Positions 40,020-52,992 of a stretch of 64,000 bases of DNA are shown here, in pieces; the first letter of the stretch is position 1; each line of letters opens with the position of its first letter. Position numbers and translations under genes: made by a program. The DNA lies in NCBI GenBank assembly GCA_045837725.1, contig JBEWZL010000287.1, positions 1-64,000 on the forward strand, in the 5' to 3' direction. The notes beneath the pieces are model-generated. The model did not search any database. It worked only from the letters and a program-made list of their open reading frames with translations, and was not told where the DNA came from. This DNA comes from Vermamoeba vermiformis. Lineage: Eukaryota.

Positions 40020-40972
40020 ATGGATCAAGCGGCAATCGATTTGTTAGAAAGCACGGTCAGTGGTCTCAAAATTTATCGCGATTTTATTACCAAAGAAGAA
40101 GAAGAGGGAATTATTAAGGTAAGTAGTATATTTATTAAATAAGAGATGATTGCGGACTGTTTGTAGGATTTACTGCGGAGGTACATCCGCAGAAATAACT
40201 GCGAATTACTTCAGAATATATTTTCTTGAATTAAAATTTCAGATATTACTTCTAATCTCGATAAAATCTTATTCCTAATTCACAATTTTCCCTACATTGT
40301 GCTCGCTAGTACATAAGATTCGCTTCTAAAAAAAGTAAAAATTGGATCTGTCAATGAAATAAATCAACAAAGTCTAGCCGACTGTATATTGTTATAGCAT
40401 TACTATAAATATTTCTAACATCAATTGTATTAATTTATTTATCGGTTAGGCTATCAATGAGCAAGACTGGGACACAGATCTCAAACGCAAAGTTCAACAA
40501 TACGGTTACAAATTCAACCACAAGGCTCATTCACTGAAAGGCGGTCATATGGGTCCGCTACCCGACTTCTGCAAGGACGTAACAGCGAGACTAGTATCGA
40601 GTGGCATATACTCCAAGTACAGCCCAGATCAGATGATCATTAACCACTACGCAGTTGGTCAAGGAATTTTCCCGCATTGGGATAGCATCAAGTGTTTCGA
40701 CGAGGTTATTGTTAGTATTGGCTTAGGCTCATCTTTTATTTTGTAATTTATAAATTTTTTTAAAAAATTTTTTTTTTTTGGGGGGGGGGGGGGGGGGAGG
40801 GCGCCATGGCATTCCAGCAGTCACCGAAGATAATTTCAATGGAGCAGTATACAAACGCAAGCCTAGAATCTCGCTGACGTGGCGCAAAGTTCTTGAAAAC
40901 AATCCGATCGACAACCCGAGCCATGAGAGTCAAAGTGCTGCTAATAACGTTGCGCGAGAAGAAGCTTATTAG
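40020..40972 (+). CDS. AlkB-family 2OG-Fe(II) oxygenase; middle part obscured by a probable sequencing artefact
   Basis: GLKIYRDFITKEEE, RKVQQYGYKF, PDQMIINHY, GIFPHWD, RHGI, RISLTWRK. A poly-T/poly-G run at ~40745-40798 replaces the expected central strands. Confidence 0.85.
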
Positions 40973-41215
40973 AACTATATTATATATATTATTAGAAGTC
41001 ATTTAGCTATTGTATTATAGTAGTAATTTTGTAAAGCTTAAGAATTTTTAAAATCACTTTCGTTCACTGAACCGAGTGTCACCAAGACAGAAAACCATAA
41101 TTACGTAATATAAATAAGCACACTAATCAATTGCACAATTTATTCGGAGGGTGCTCCGCGAATCAAACGCAAAATAAAAAATCTGAAATTCGGCAAAATA
41201 TGCGTACAGCCTATT

Positions 41216-44200
41216 CTACATTAAATAATATCGCTGTGCTAATGGCAGTACTTTAGCGGGTTGACAGCTCAATAAAACACCGTCAGCAGTCACTTCGTAA
41301 GTCTCCGGATCCACGTCAATTTTCGGCAACGAGTCATTGAACTTCATATCTTTCTTGCCAATATTTCGCGTGTTTTTGACTGCTTCAATTCTCTTAGTGA
41401 CGCGGTACTTGTCGGCAATCTTCTTCTTAATACAGACTTCTGAAACGAACACGACGGAGGTTCCTCCGACAGCAGATCCAAGTGCTCCAAACATCGGTCG
41501 CAAAATTGCGGGCTGGTCATTAAAATTAGTAATTGGTACTTTCCTAATTTAGAAATATTGAACGCACCTGTGGCGTTGGAATGGAGGCGTTGGGGTCACC
41601 CATATTAGCCCAAACAATAGTGCCTGATTTGAGAACTAACTCGGGCTTAGTGCCGAAAAACGCTGGGTGCCACAAGACCAGATCCGCTAACTTGCCCATT
41701 TCGATCGATCCGACAAGATGAGAAACGCCTGAAATAGAGTTAACGATACTAATATAGCTTAAAGATGGCGGGTATTATGTACCGTGAGCAATGGCGGGGT
41801 TGATCGTGTACTTGGAAATGTAACGCTTCAATCTGAAGTTGTCGTTGTCGGCGATGTCTTCGGGCAATTTCCCGCGTTGTTTTTTCATTTTGTCCGCTAA
41901 CTGCCACGTACGAGCAACAACCTAAATGGGCCGCAGTTAAACTCACGCGTGAAACATGTGACAGGTGTCAAAAGTGTCAAAAAATAATGCGCTTGAAGCT
42001 TCCGAAAGCGAATTTGCATAAGTGTCAAAGTGTCAAAAGTGTCAAACGACGTACCTCACCAACGCGTCCCATAGCTTGCGAATCAGATGACATCATGCTT
42101 ATGGCGCCCAAGTCGTGCAAAATATCTTCAGCTTCGATCGTTCCAGCTCTAATTCTGCTGTCAGCGAACTCGACATCTTCTTTCTATAAAAGGGAATTAG
42201 ATTCGTTCGTGCACCTAGTAATAGTTACTTACAATGTTTTTGTCCAGGTGATGGCAGACCATCAACATGTCAATATGTTCTTCAATGGTGTTAATCGTGA
42301 ATGGTTTTGTCGGGTTGGTGGATGATGGCAATACGTTTGGAACGCTGCAGACTTTGACTAAAAAAGGAAACGTTGGTGTCAGTACGTGCACACGTGACCG
42401 ATGAATTGACTACGTACTAATATCAGGGGCGTGACCACCACCAGCACCTTCAGAGTGGTACGTGTGAATGGTGCGACCTTTAAACGCAGCAATCGTGTGC
42501 TCGATGTACGAAGACTCGTTCAAAGTGTCCGTGTGAATGGTCACTTGAATGTCGTGCTCGTCTGCTACTGTCATGCTAAACAAATAATTAGACTTGGAAG
42601 AAAATCTTCGCTAGTCAAAAATACTTGCCAACAGTCGATTGCCGAAGGAGTTGTGCCCCAGTCCTCGTGCAATTTCAGCGCGATGGCACCTATAATGGAT
42701 AGTCAGTGAGGGCTACTATTGATCCTAATAGTTCATAAAGCAAAAGATAATCTACGTACCAGCCTCAATGATGTCAATAAGGCCCTCGGGCTGCGATGTG
42801 TTTCCTTTGCCGCTGAAACCAAAGTTGAGTGGCAACGAATCGGTGGCTTCGATCATCATTTGCATGTAATTAACACCTGGCGTGCACGTCGTTGCGTTTG
42901 TTCCCGTTGCTGGCCCAGTGCCACCACCAATCATTGTTGTGACACCATTTGACAGCGCTTCCCAAGCCTAGAGAATTCGTCAAACCCATATTAGTACTGT
43001 TTAATAGCACGTGCCCGAGGGCTGTAAGATGATCAATAGAGTTGTTCGGATTTGCCTTATTTGGTAATATACCTGTTGCGGGCAAATGAAGTGGATGTGC
43101 GTGTCCAATCCACCAGCTGTCAAAATCAATCCTTCGCCAGCAATGCACTCAGTGGTCACTCCAACAATCATTCCCGGTGTAATGTTCATTACGTCAGGGT
43201 TGCCAGCCTTTCCAATGCCTAAATAAGGAAAAAACGATAAGGCGGGTGACAATTTGACACGTGTCATTTTTGCTTACCGCAGATTTTGCCGTGCTTGACC
43301 CCAATATCAGCCTTATATATGCCAGTGTAGTCCAGCACGAGTGCGTTTGTGATGACTAGATCCAGCGCGTCACTGTCTTTGACACCCGTAGCTTGGCCCA
43401 TGCCTTCACGAATGACTTTGCCACCACCAAACTTGCCTAAATAGCACGTAGCATGTTATTTAAGGTCGGATATATAACAGGAAATGTTGCAACGTACATT
43501 CATCTCCGTAGGTCGTAAAATCTTTTTCGACTTCGAGCAACAAGCCAGTATCGCCAAGACGAACTCTATCGCCTGTAAATACCCATTAATTATTACAAGT
43601 TTATCGAAAGGCGTTTTAACGGTAGGTTCGCGATAGTGAAATTGACATCCGGATCTGACATCTCGCAAGGTGGATCTGCGTTAATATTAACGTACCTGTA
43701 GTAGGTCCATAGATCTCAGCGTAGCGTTGTCTCGAAATAGTGGCTGGTTCGATTTCCTTATTTGGATCCACGTGTTCATCAACATGCGCGTAATTGCCTT
43801 CAACGACCTTTTGTTTGACAACTTGCACGAGGTTCTCTTGATTGACAGCACCATCGACCAATCTGTTGCCGCCTTTGACCACGCGTTGACCAGCAATTGG
43901 AACGAGTTTGACTGTTTTGGTCTCACCAGGCTCGAAGCGAACAGCCGTGCCTGAGGGTATGTTCAAGCGAAGACCGATTGATTTGTATCGATCAAATCGA
44001 AGACGCGGATTGACCTCCGTGAAGTGGTAGTGACTGCCGACTATAATAACATAACAGTTAGGTATTTCTTAATTTACTAATGGATGTTAAGCTGCGTTAA
44101 CTCGCCTTCAAACGTTTAAAAAAACAGTTCAATTATCGTTAGAATAATTTTAAAAATTCGCAATAACGCATAAAATAGCATCTAATAATTACCCTGAATA

Positions 44201-44979
44201 GGTCTATCGGCTAAATTCGTCACTGTTAATTGTGTAATTGGTCTGCCATGATTTAATACGAGATCTTCGGCCTGCTTCGCTATCAAGTGACCAGGAGGCA
44301 TTTTATAAATTTGTTTGTCATTTTCGTTGACTGGAGGTGCTTCTTTGAGTGCCTCTTCCTCATGGATCGGCTTTTTGAATACGTCTAGTTTTGGAATAGG
44401 TAGGAAACTGCCGTACAATGCTAATTCAAGATTTCCATCTTCTAATACTATCGGGTGATGTATAGTCGCTAATTTCGTGCCGTCTATATTAAATGCAAAG
44501 TCAGTGGCTGCGTTTCACTTTGAAAAAGCTACCGAAAATTATTGCAATAATACCGTAGACTATTTTAATATTTACCAGGGAAGGTGGCCTCTATTTGAAC
44601 TTCATCAAGCATATCTGCCACACCGGGAAGGACTTGGTTGAGTCCGAGAAAAGATCTGCCCAAATCCATCAATTCCGCAAGTGTCTACTTTATAATTAAT
44701 CAAAAAAGCACTTACAAAAACAATATTAATATTTATTACATATTCAAATTAATTTAAATGAGACAAGAAACTCAATTAATTGAACGGGATGTAGTTTACT
44801 CTTGGTTTAGGCGTAAATCTTACCTTATCACCATCTCGAATAAATTCCATAATTTGTGAGGCAATTAGAGCAACCGATTCCGGGTAATTAAGTCGCAATC
44901 CACGAGCAAGTCTCTTTTGTGCGAGAAATCCCGCTTGATGCAGCATCAATTTCTCTATTTCTCGTTGAGTGAGCCGCAT
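41216..44979 (-). CDS. URE1: Urease, eukaryotic single-chain (gamma-beta-alpha fused), multi-exon
   Basis: [94 protein letters not shown]. Confidence 0.97.
41959..42046. promoter_or_regulatory. Intronic cluster of TGACA/TGTCA sites (TGACAGGTGTCA plus tandem GTGTCAAA units)
   Basis: One near-palindrome and several GTGTCAAA copies within 90 bp of a urease intron. Similar clusters occur at 20097-20190, 24629-24655 and 45176-45197. Confidence 0.4.
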
Positions 44980-45229
44980 GGTGCAGTGTTGTATGTTTAT
45001 TCACGATTAATAAGTTGACCAAAAGCAGAAACAACGATTTACCTGTCATTCGTGTCAGATGTGGTTCAAAATACCGCACATCACGCTGTATCTTCGCCTT
45101 TACATGATTGCGGAAGTACACCCGACACTTTTAGATGAGAGATTATAGCCAGCAATGGTGGTAAACGGATGATGCAGACAAGTGTCAAAGTGTCAAACGA
45201 AATTTCAATTTTATCTAAAAATACAGTTG

Positions 45230-47652
45230 CTAATTACAAACAGCTGAGCATTCTTTTTTAGCCCACTCTGGCACAGGACAGTGAAGAGGATTGTTGGCTA
45301 CATTGCAATGCTTTGGACCAGTTGTAGTGTTCAGTGACGATGGCAAAAATGAGGTGAACTGATTGCCACTAATGAGTAATGAGGACATGTTTTGCAAGTC
45401 TACATTTGGTAGATCAAATGTTCCTTTCAGCTTCATGTCATCAAGGCTAATCCCTTGCAAATAATGGTTGAATCCACTGCCACAAAATTCACCATCAAAA
45501 TCATTTTCCACTGCAGAAAAATGGTCAATGTTCTTTCCCAAGCAAGGAATAGAACCACTAAGTTTGTTCCTGCTCAAGTCCAATGCTTGAATATTGCTGT
45601 ATTCCCAAGACTTTGGAATTGTTCCATGTAGTTCACAACCAGTGAGAACAAGTGTCAATAGTGATGGTGACACACTTTGAGGCAGAGTGCCATTGATGGA
45701 ATTTGTCAGATAAAGTTGCTCTATTGATGGCAAGCTCATTAGTGTGTTAAAAGTGCTTTGGCCAATCGTCACAAGTGTGTCATCTAGGTGAACTTCTTGC
45801 AGCTTGGTAAAGTCACTTAAGTCTGACAAAGTTCCTTTGAGCAAGGTATTGGACCCCAGTTTTAACTGTACCAAGTTTTTGAGAAGCTTAATGGATTCAG
45901 GGATTGTTGACTGGAGTTCATTGAAACTCAGATTTAAGAATTTTAGTTTGGTGAAATTTCCAATGCTTGCTGGAATTGTTGGATGTTTTGTGTCCCTTTT
46001 GAGAGATCTGCTGGAGGTATAAGTCAAATTGATCCCCGCCGAGCCCATGACTCTGCCAGTTGTTTCGTTGCATGAAATTCCTTGCCAGGAGCAATGTGGT
46101 TCTGTCAAGTTCCACTTATCATCTCGTTGTAGTGCAGCTGATAACTCTAACAGCATATTTCGTTCTTTGTTTGCAGAGTTGAGTTGCGTTAGATCCATAT
46201 GAGCAATTGTAATCGCAGGGAGTATTAAGCCAATTATGACTGAGACAACGATTGCCATTGTCAGTACAAAGCCCAGTGTCCAACCAATCACTTTGGCTTT
46301 CAGACTAGTTGCCGTAGTTTGCTTGTTGACCTTCTGCTTGACGCCAGTGAATTGTTCGTAGAGAGCGTCAATCAAGAGTTGCTTCCGTGTCACTTCACAT
46401 GTCACGTTCTGAATGTCACTATAGTTTTGTTTGATAGACTCGCTCAAGTAAGGTATTAGAGCCTCATAGTCTACGTGAAGAATTCCTGGAAATTTTACGT
46501 CAAACCGACGTCCAAAAAGGAGCTTGTAATTTGACGTACCATTGATCAACTGAACAGCTTCGGGCACAACGCTTTCAATCTGTTGTGCAATGTAGCCAAT
46601 GAATCGTTTGTTCGTGGTATGACTCACACCTTCTTTGAATTTGTACGAGATGCCGTTGATTCGCAGCAACGTTGAGCGACAATCTCGATCTGGTCGTACA
46701 GATTTTTTAATACATATCTTTGGGTATTATGTGCCGTACCTGCTAACAATTTAATGTCCTCCTTAATGTTGATATCTGATGCTTTGTAGAAATTGAGTGC
46801 TCGGAAGTTACCCACGACCTCTGCATTGCCGTTGTAAAGTACCATGTATTGTTCGTGATCCGATTTGTTCGTACTAGCAAAGAAAATCAGGATACGAACA
46901 ACGTTAAAGCTAAAAATACTCACTTTCTATACTCAGTTAAATCGTTAAGGTACTCTTCAAGCATTGAATCTTGCTGGAAAGTTGATCTGATCGGATCGTC
47001 CGAATCTTCGATACTGTACGATGAAGTTCCAAGTTCAGGAGATGCAACATGGTAATTATCGATTGGAGAAATACGAGCAGATGAATCTTCGGGTGATGCA
47101 CGTGATTGAGTGTCAGCGAGAGATCCATCTTCGCCGATCCAATAGATCGGGACCACAGCTACCATTGTGATTCAATTTGAGTGACCAAAATCTAGATTGT
47201 TATTGCGAGGACTTACTATTGTTTTCTTCGTCTTCGCTCAGAACGCGTCTTCGTTTGGGCAATAGTTCCCATAATCGAGAGGCACCTCTTTTCGTTACTG
47301 ATCCGTTTTCAACTAGCTCTACAATAATCTGAAACGCTCTATGCTTCGTTCTTCTAAAGTCAAACACGCCTTCGTTGATCTTCATACAAATAAACATGCC
47401 AATGATCTCGTTCGTTTCGTTTTGATGATAGACTAACGGATTTCGTTTCGCCCAAGTGAAGCAGTTCTTTGGCTCGTGCGTTATATTTCCAAAATAGTCA
47501 GTTCCAACTAGTTTTATAGTTACGCTACTTCGACGGTCAGGAATGTCAAGTCCAAACGGCTCTGTTCTTGTTATCGCGGTAAGAGCGGATTCGCTGTTGA
47601 TTGTAAGCGGAACCAATATTCGAAAAAGATTTCTAACATAAATCTTTTCCAT
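45230..47652 (-). CDS. MYRF/MrfA-like membrane-tethered factor: putative NDT80-like DNA-binding domain, peptidase S74 autocleaving chaperone, coiled coil, TM helix, LRR ectodomain (~736 aa)
   Basis: Exons 47652-47217, 47158-46924, 46873-46740, 46689-46540 and 46485-45230 join in frame via GT-AG introns of 50-58 nt. Motifs: S74 YKASDINIKEDI...IGYIAQQIESVVPEAV...VDYEAL; TM VIGWTLGFVLTMAIVVSVIIGLIL; LRRNT HCSWQGISC; plant-type LRRs. Short extra 5' exons from ATG ~47796 are possible. Confidence 0.8.
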
Positions 47653-47915
47653 TTCTGTTGTTCAAAGGAAGATATTAGAAAAACTAGACGTTATTACTCA
47701 GTATTTTCCGGAACGTAGAAAACTCGTAAGAAATTCAAAGATTCTTTAAGCCGCACTTACAGTATTAATATTGATTTTCCGAGGCCTTATTTCCATATTA
47801 TTTTGCCAGAGGTCTCGAGCAAAGACGCGAGCAAAAGAGCGAGAGATGAAATCTACTTGGTGCATGTTTATTCATCGCCAGATCCAAGCTGTTTCGATGT
47901 CAATAACATATATAT

Positions 47916-49988
47916 TTACTGTTGCTTAGTAGCGTGTTTCCAAGCGGTGAGAATGTGTTGCACAATCTCAGGCACGCCAACTCCGTGTTTGACTTGCGCA
48001 AAAATGACGGGACCGTCTTGACGAATGTCGTGCGCTTCTTTGCGCATAATCTGCGTTAATATTAATACGAAGGTTAGTAAATGAGGCTTGCAGTATATTT
48101 GCGAGATGCAGTTCAAACTGAAACTGATCCAAAACTCTTTACCTCGAGATCTGCACCAACAGCTTGGGCAAGGTCTATTGTAAAGTCATTAATACTTGAA
48201 TATAAGAATACTATTAATGTCCGATATATCGTCGTTAGGCAACAAAAATTATATATAGTGACCCTTTTCATATTTTGACAACGGATAGTTGTGGTTTACG
48301 GCGTTGGGAATAACCTCCCGAAAATTCAAAAACAATATCTATCAGGGCAAGGAGCAGCACCCGAAATGAGTTTCGGGATGTAACGGCTAGTATTTGGGCG
48401 GGAGCAAGTTTATCGTCACTCGATAAAAGCTAGCTTCGCCACACTACTAGACCCACCTGTTAGGTATATCATATACATTTCAAAGGTATTTTATCGCGCC
48501 CCACCCTTTGTTTTGCTGAAAAATGTCAGTGAACGGAGGGCGAAGCGGGAGAAGTTGGACACGGATTCGCATCCGCACCAACAATCAACCCATTATCTCC
48601 CCCGAAAACACTGAGAGAATATGAACCAATTATATAATAATTAGTATTCACATTGTTCAATTATAAATTGAAAAATTTCGGGTCACGAATCCAAAATATT
48701 CGGGAAAAATCTCCCAAAATGTATGGTGAGCCAAATGACGATATATCTGGGCCGACGATATATCGGACATTAACAGTAATATAGGCTATTGGCAAATAAT
48801 CGACTTCGCTTCGAAAATTCGGAGCGATCCAAAAAGGCGTTGTAACGTTCAACCAGAAACGTACCAGTCTTGTTAATGACAAATAAATCGCTCATAGTGA
48901 CGCCTGGTCCGCCCTTTCTAGGCACTTTATCGCCACCAGCCACGTCAATAACGTAAATGATGTAATCGGCCAATTCTCGACTGAAGTTAGCGGCCAAGTT
49001 ATCGCCTCCAGACTCTATTATAGAATGAAAATTAACACATGAGGTCAATTTGAGCGCATTTATAATATTTACCGATCAAAAGAAGTTGAGGGTGGAATTT
49101 CGCGGTTAACTTTTCAAGAGCAAGCAGATTCGCCGAAATGTCTTCGCGAATAGCCGCGTGAGGGCATCCACTATACAAAAGGGGAAGTAATGAGATTATT
49201 AATATACTACTATCTATTATTTGTCAATTACAACTTACCCAGTCTCGACGGCAACAATGCGCTCGGGATCCAAAGCTTCGTGCTTAATAAGGAACTCGCC
49301 GTCTTCTTGCGTAAAAATATCGTTTGTAACTGTACATAGAATTAGGAATCAGTTCTCCGAACGAATGAACAATTAGGTGGATCTGACGGAGATGAGTTTT
49401 TTTCTCAAAACAGTAAAATTCCTTGGATAGCGTTTAAATATAGTTAATTATATTATTTTTACCTGCAGCGATATTATATTCGTTTCTCAAGGCTTGACAC
49501 AGGGCTAACATCAAAGCGGTTTTTCCGCTTCCAACGGGTCCTCCAATACCAATAGTAAACGCTCTTTCTTTCCAATCTCGCTCGAGAGGCTTTTCTCTTT
49601 CAGTGAATGTTCCTATTAGAGAATTATAAGCGACATATTTTTCAGACACGTGTCATCCAAAAAAACTCGATCGACAAAACTGCTTAATTTTTAGAATTTA
49701 GGGAATGGCGCCAATATTATTTGTATTGAATTTTTATAAAAAAATTTGATCATTAGAATATTATTTGGATTTTTGTGTTTCGCAATTTTTCCATATCTTT
49801 TTCCTACCTCGCTCAATTGGCGGATGCGAATGACCGTGACCTCTGTGGTGATGGTCGTGATCATCATGGTGGTGGTGGTGATGGTCGTGACCGTGATGAT
49901 GATGGCCATGGTCGTGATCGTGATGGTCATGGTCGTGCGAATGAGAGTGCGGCTGCGTGCTGCATTGATTGCGAGAAGTATTTTCCAT
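47916..49988 (-). CDS. ureG: Urease accessory GTPase UreG with His-rich N-terminus
   Basis: [71 protein letters not shown]; 26 His in a 42-residue N-terminal stretch. Confidence 0.96.
48211..48776. mobile_element. Non-autonomous DNA transposon (MITE, Tc1/mariner-pogo type) in a ureG intron
   Basis: 24-bp TIRs CT(A/G)TTAATGTCCGATATATCGTCG at 48211-48234 and 48753-48776 (1 mismatch), flanked by TA on both sides; extra subterminal GACGATATATC at ~48737; no transposase. Confidence 0.85.
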
Positions 49989-50323
49989 TTCTTTGGAGTG
50001 TTGCTCTAAACGATATAAGGTAGTTGATAATAAACCTAACTCACAACCTGAAATGTCAAAAAAAGTGACGTTTTGACAGGTGGATCTGATCTAAACTAAA
50101 CTTACTTGGACCAATAGAACCACTCCATTCGGCCAATTACAAACGTAAAGCATTCAGTTATATAGAATATTGGGGCCTAGTATGACTTCGCACTTCGTCG
50201 CAACAAAGAAACGAAGAGCTGTACAGGTTAATAATTTTCTCAGTTGCAATGCGGTCGTAAAATATCTTTTCAATAAATATATAAATCGGATAGAAATCGT
50301 TTGGGACTGACATGACATTTATT

Positions 50324-52992
50324 TTAAGGTTGCCACAGTAGTGCGGTGTATTGACTCCGCACTTGATTTATCAGCGCCAGTGCCTCTTGGTAACTCATTT
50401 TGTTTTTCCTGTTCGGCGCGACAGAATTGTATAATTGTTCAGGAGGTATGTAATTGATATTTTCTGGCCGCCTGTAAAAAGCATGCAATAATGCCATATT
50501 CTTCGCGACCACGGCATACTCCACCAACGGAAATTTCGAGTACCAATATAAAGCTTCCCGGGCTTCAGTCACCAATCGTTCCAATAATTTTTCGTCTGTT
50601 TCGTACTTGCAAAAATATCGGTGGATTTTGACGGGAAACAAATTCGTTATATTTGTGTTCTGGTTGTTGATTGTGAACAAATATCGTAAATGTTGTGCAT
50701 CGCGCTTAACGATTTTTTCGCTTTCGTAATTTTGTAGCCCGTGCCATAGTGTCCCATTCATGAATCGTGTTTTCACTGCCAGATGTCGGAAAAATTTTGC
50801 AATTTCTCCGGTTCGTTCCAACGTCTTCCTCGAAACAACAGGGTACCAGATGCCGTAATTGTCTGCTATAGCCACATATTGAATGAACAAGGGTTCGTCA
50901 ACGAATTCCACGATCAATTTCAATAATTCTTTCGGTAATTTTGACAGATGACACGTGTCACCACCAAATCGCCAGCCCAATAATAAGATCTTTTTTGTTT
51001 CAGAGATCATTTCTAGAGATTGTATGCTGAATTCGTCCAACAGAAAATTAATTATCGGGGTGCGCTGTCTCTGGATCTTGTCAAGTAGCACTTTAAAATC
51101 TCGCACGTTTCGCGGAATATTTTCGTAAAATAATCGCTTCCATATGTTAAAGTAATATATAACTGCGCCTTTGTCGATGAGTGACTTAAACAAAGTCCAA
51201 AACTTATCGACTTGCTCCGTACTGCAATCAAGTCCTTTCAGGCAGCTTAAAAATAAAAAATAATAAGTAAAAATTATTAAATTATTAATAATTAATATTT
51301 TTTCGCTAATTATTATTATTTGAACTTACCTTTTGACCCCATCAAAGTTTTCAACCAAAAAATCGATCATTTCTTGCATCGGTTCTATTTTGCCTTTAAT
51401 GACTGCCTGCAAATATTCAGACAACGGGTGCGGATGATGTCCGAAATCTATAATTCCTATTGAAAAGGCATTAGTTTACCTTTTCTCTACAAAAAGTTTC
51501 GAAATATCTTCGCTTAGGGATTTGATAATACAGTCATTATTAATTTCAAATTTTATGCTATAACTTTTTAAGTATGAATTGATGTAGAAAGAATAATAAA
51601 AATTTACCGTATTGTTGGTGGATCTGCTTTGCCGTTTCAATGTCATTTCCAACTACCGCGAGATAAAAATGATACAAATATATTCTTTGACGAGAGGCAG
51701 GTTCAGGAATCAAGCCAGTAAACGACTTGGATTTAGGTCTAATTTCGATCTCGTGGACATCGCTGGGTGGTATAACATCGTATCGTCTGTGACAAAATTT
51801 TACGAGCTGAGAGCCCTTAAAACTTATTATGCGACAATACTGCGAACTATTAATAGTCCCTAAAAAGACAAATCAGTTGTTACGATGGCACATCCGGAAT
51901 GAAAAATAAAACTCACTTTTGACAAACAATGCAGCGGCATCTCTCTGCGATATATTATGAAGTATTTCCATCACATCGGTCGTTGTTTTTTGTTTTGCGT
52001 CTATATTTAAAAAAAATTAAGAAATGAACGAAGGAGCAGATCCGTAAAAACGTTCATGTAATACGAAACGCAATAGAATTTCATCAAGGTGAGTAAATTT
52101 ATTTATTTTTATATTTATAAAAATAATATTATTGGTTTTTGTGCCGGATTCGTACCGAAATAAAGTGCTAACCAACGTGCCTGATAATACGAGCTCGATT
52201 GTATAAACCAATTCATAGCGTCTCTTTTTTGCATCAATGCATTAATTCTATTCGCTAAATTGCAATCGAAATTCAATTTTTCGCCTCTTTTCAGCGCCGA
52301 TCGCATTCCTTGGTCTTGATCGGTGACCAAATAATACGCTGCAAAGTGCTCGAATAATATTATACTCTCTTCTACCCATCCATTTTCATTCGCAATTTGC
52401 AATGACTTTTCAACGTGTTCAGGTTTAAATCCAGGAAATGGAAAGTCTCGTTGTTGTTCGAAATATTCTTTCATCGTCATGTGCAGATCTCGTGATGTAA
52501 AGAACTCGATATAGTCCTTCAATAGATGTTTATGATGCTGAGTAATTATGACCAAGAATGAACTCAGCACACGAACGGATTCGCGCCTTGCAAAAATTTT
52601 AACGACCGCATCCATATCTATTGAACGATATTAATATTAGCGCTCATAAATTATTATATATTACATCTAAACAGAGCGGATTTAACATCTTTTTGAAGCA
52701 GTCGTTCAATTCTTTTAGTTATCAAAGCGCATCTATCAAGACCTATAATTCATTTTCCGTTAGAAAAATTATAATAATTATAAAACATACCTTTCATCCA
52801 TCTATGCATTATTTCGAGTGATAATTCGTCGCATATTGATTTATTGAGCTCTTTTGAGGTGAGACGCAAGGTACTAACAATTCGTTGAAGAGAATCAACT
52901 CGTGTAGTGTTATCAAACAGCTTGAATGCACGCTTGATGATATATTTGCATGCTATTCGAATGACTTCGATCGTGTTTTGTTCTATCTGCAT
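50324..52992 (-). CDS. Hypothetical helical-repeat protein with an internal F-box-like motif, multi-exon
   Basis: Several open exons joined by GT-AG introns; LLLGWRFGGDTCHLSKLPKELLKLIVEF in the last exon. Start uncertain. Confidence 0.5.

Noticed and set aside
40740-40800. Poly-T followed by an ~19-nt poly-G run inside the AlkB gene (possible G-quadruplex or retro-insertion)
   Set aside because: It replaces expected conserved coding sequence and looks like low-quality read end or gap-fill; most likely an assembly artefact.
49746-50023. Plus-strand ORFs rich in Met/Val or Gly/Asp/Arg
   Set aside because: Antisense reading of the ureG His-codon tract.
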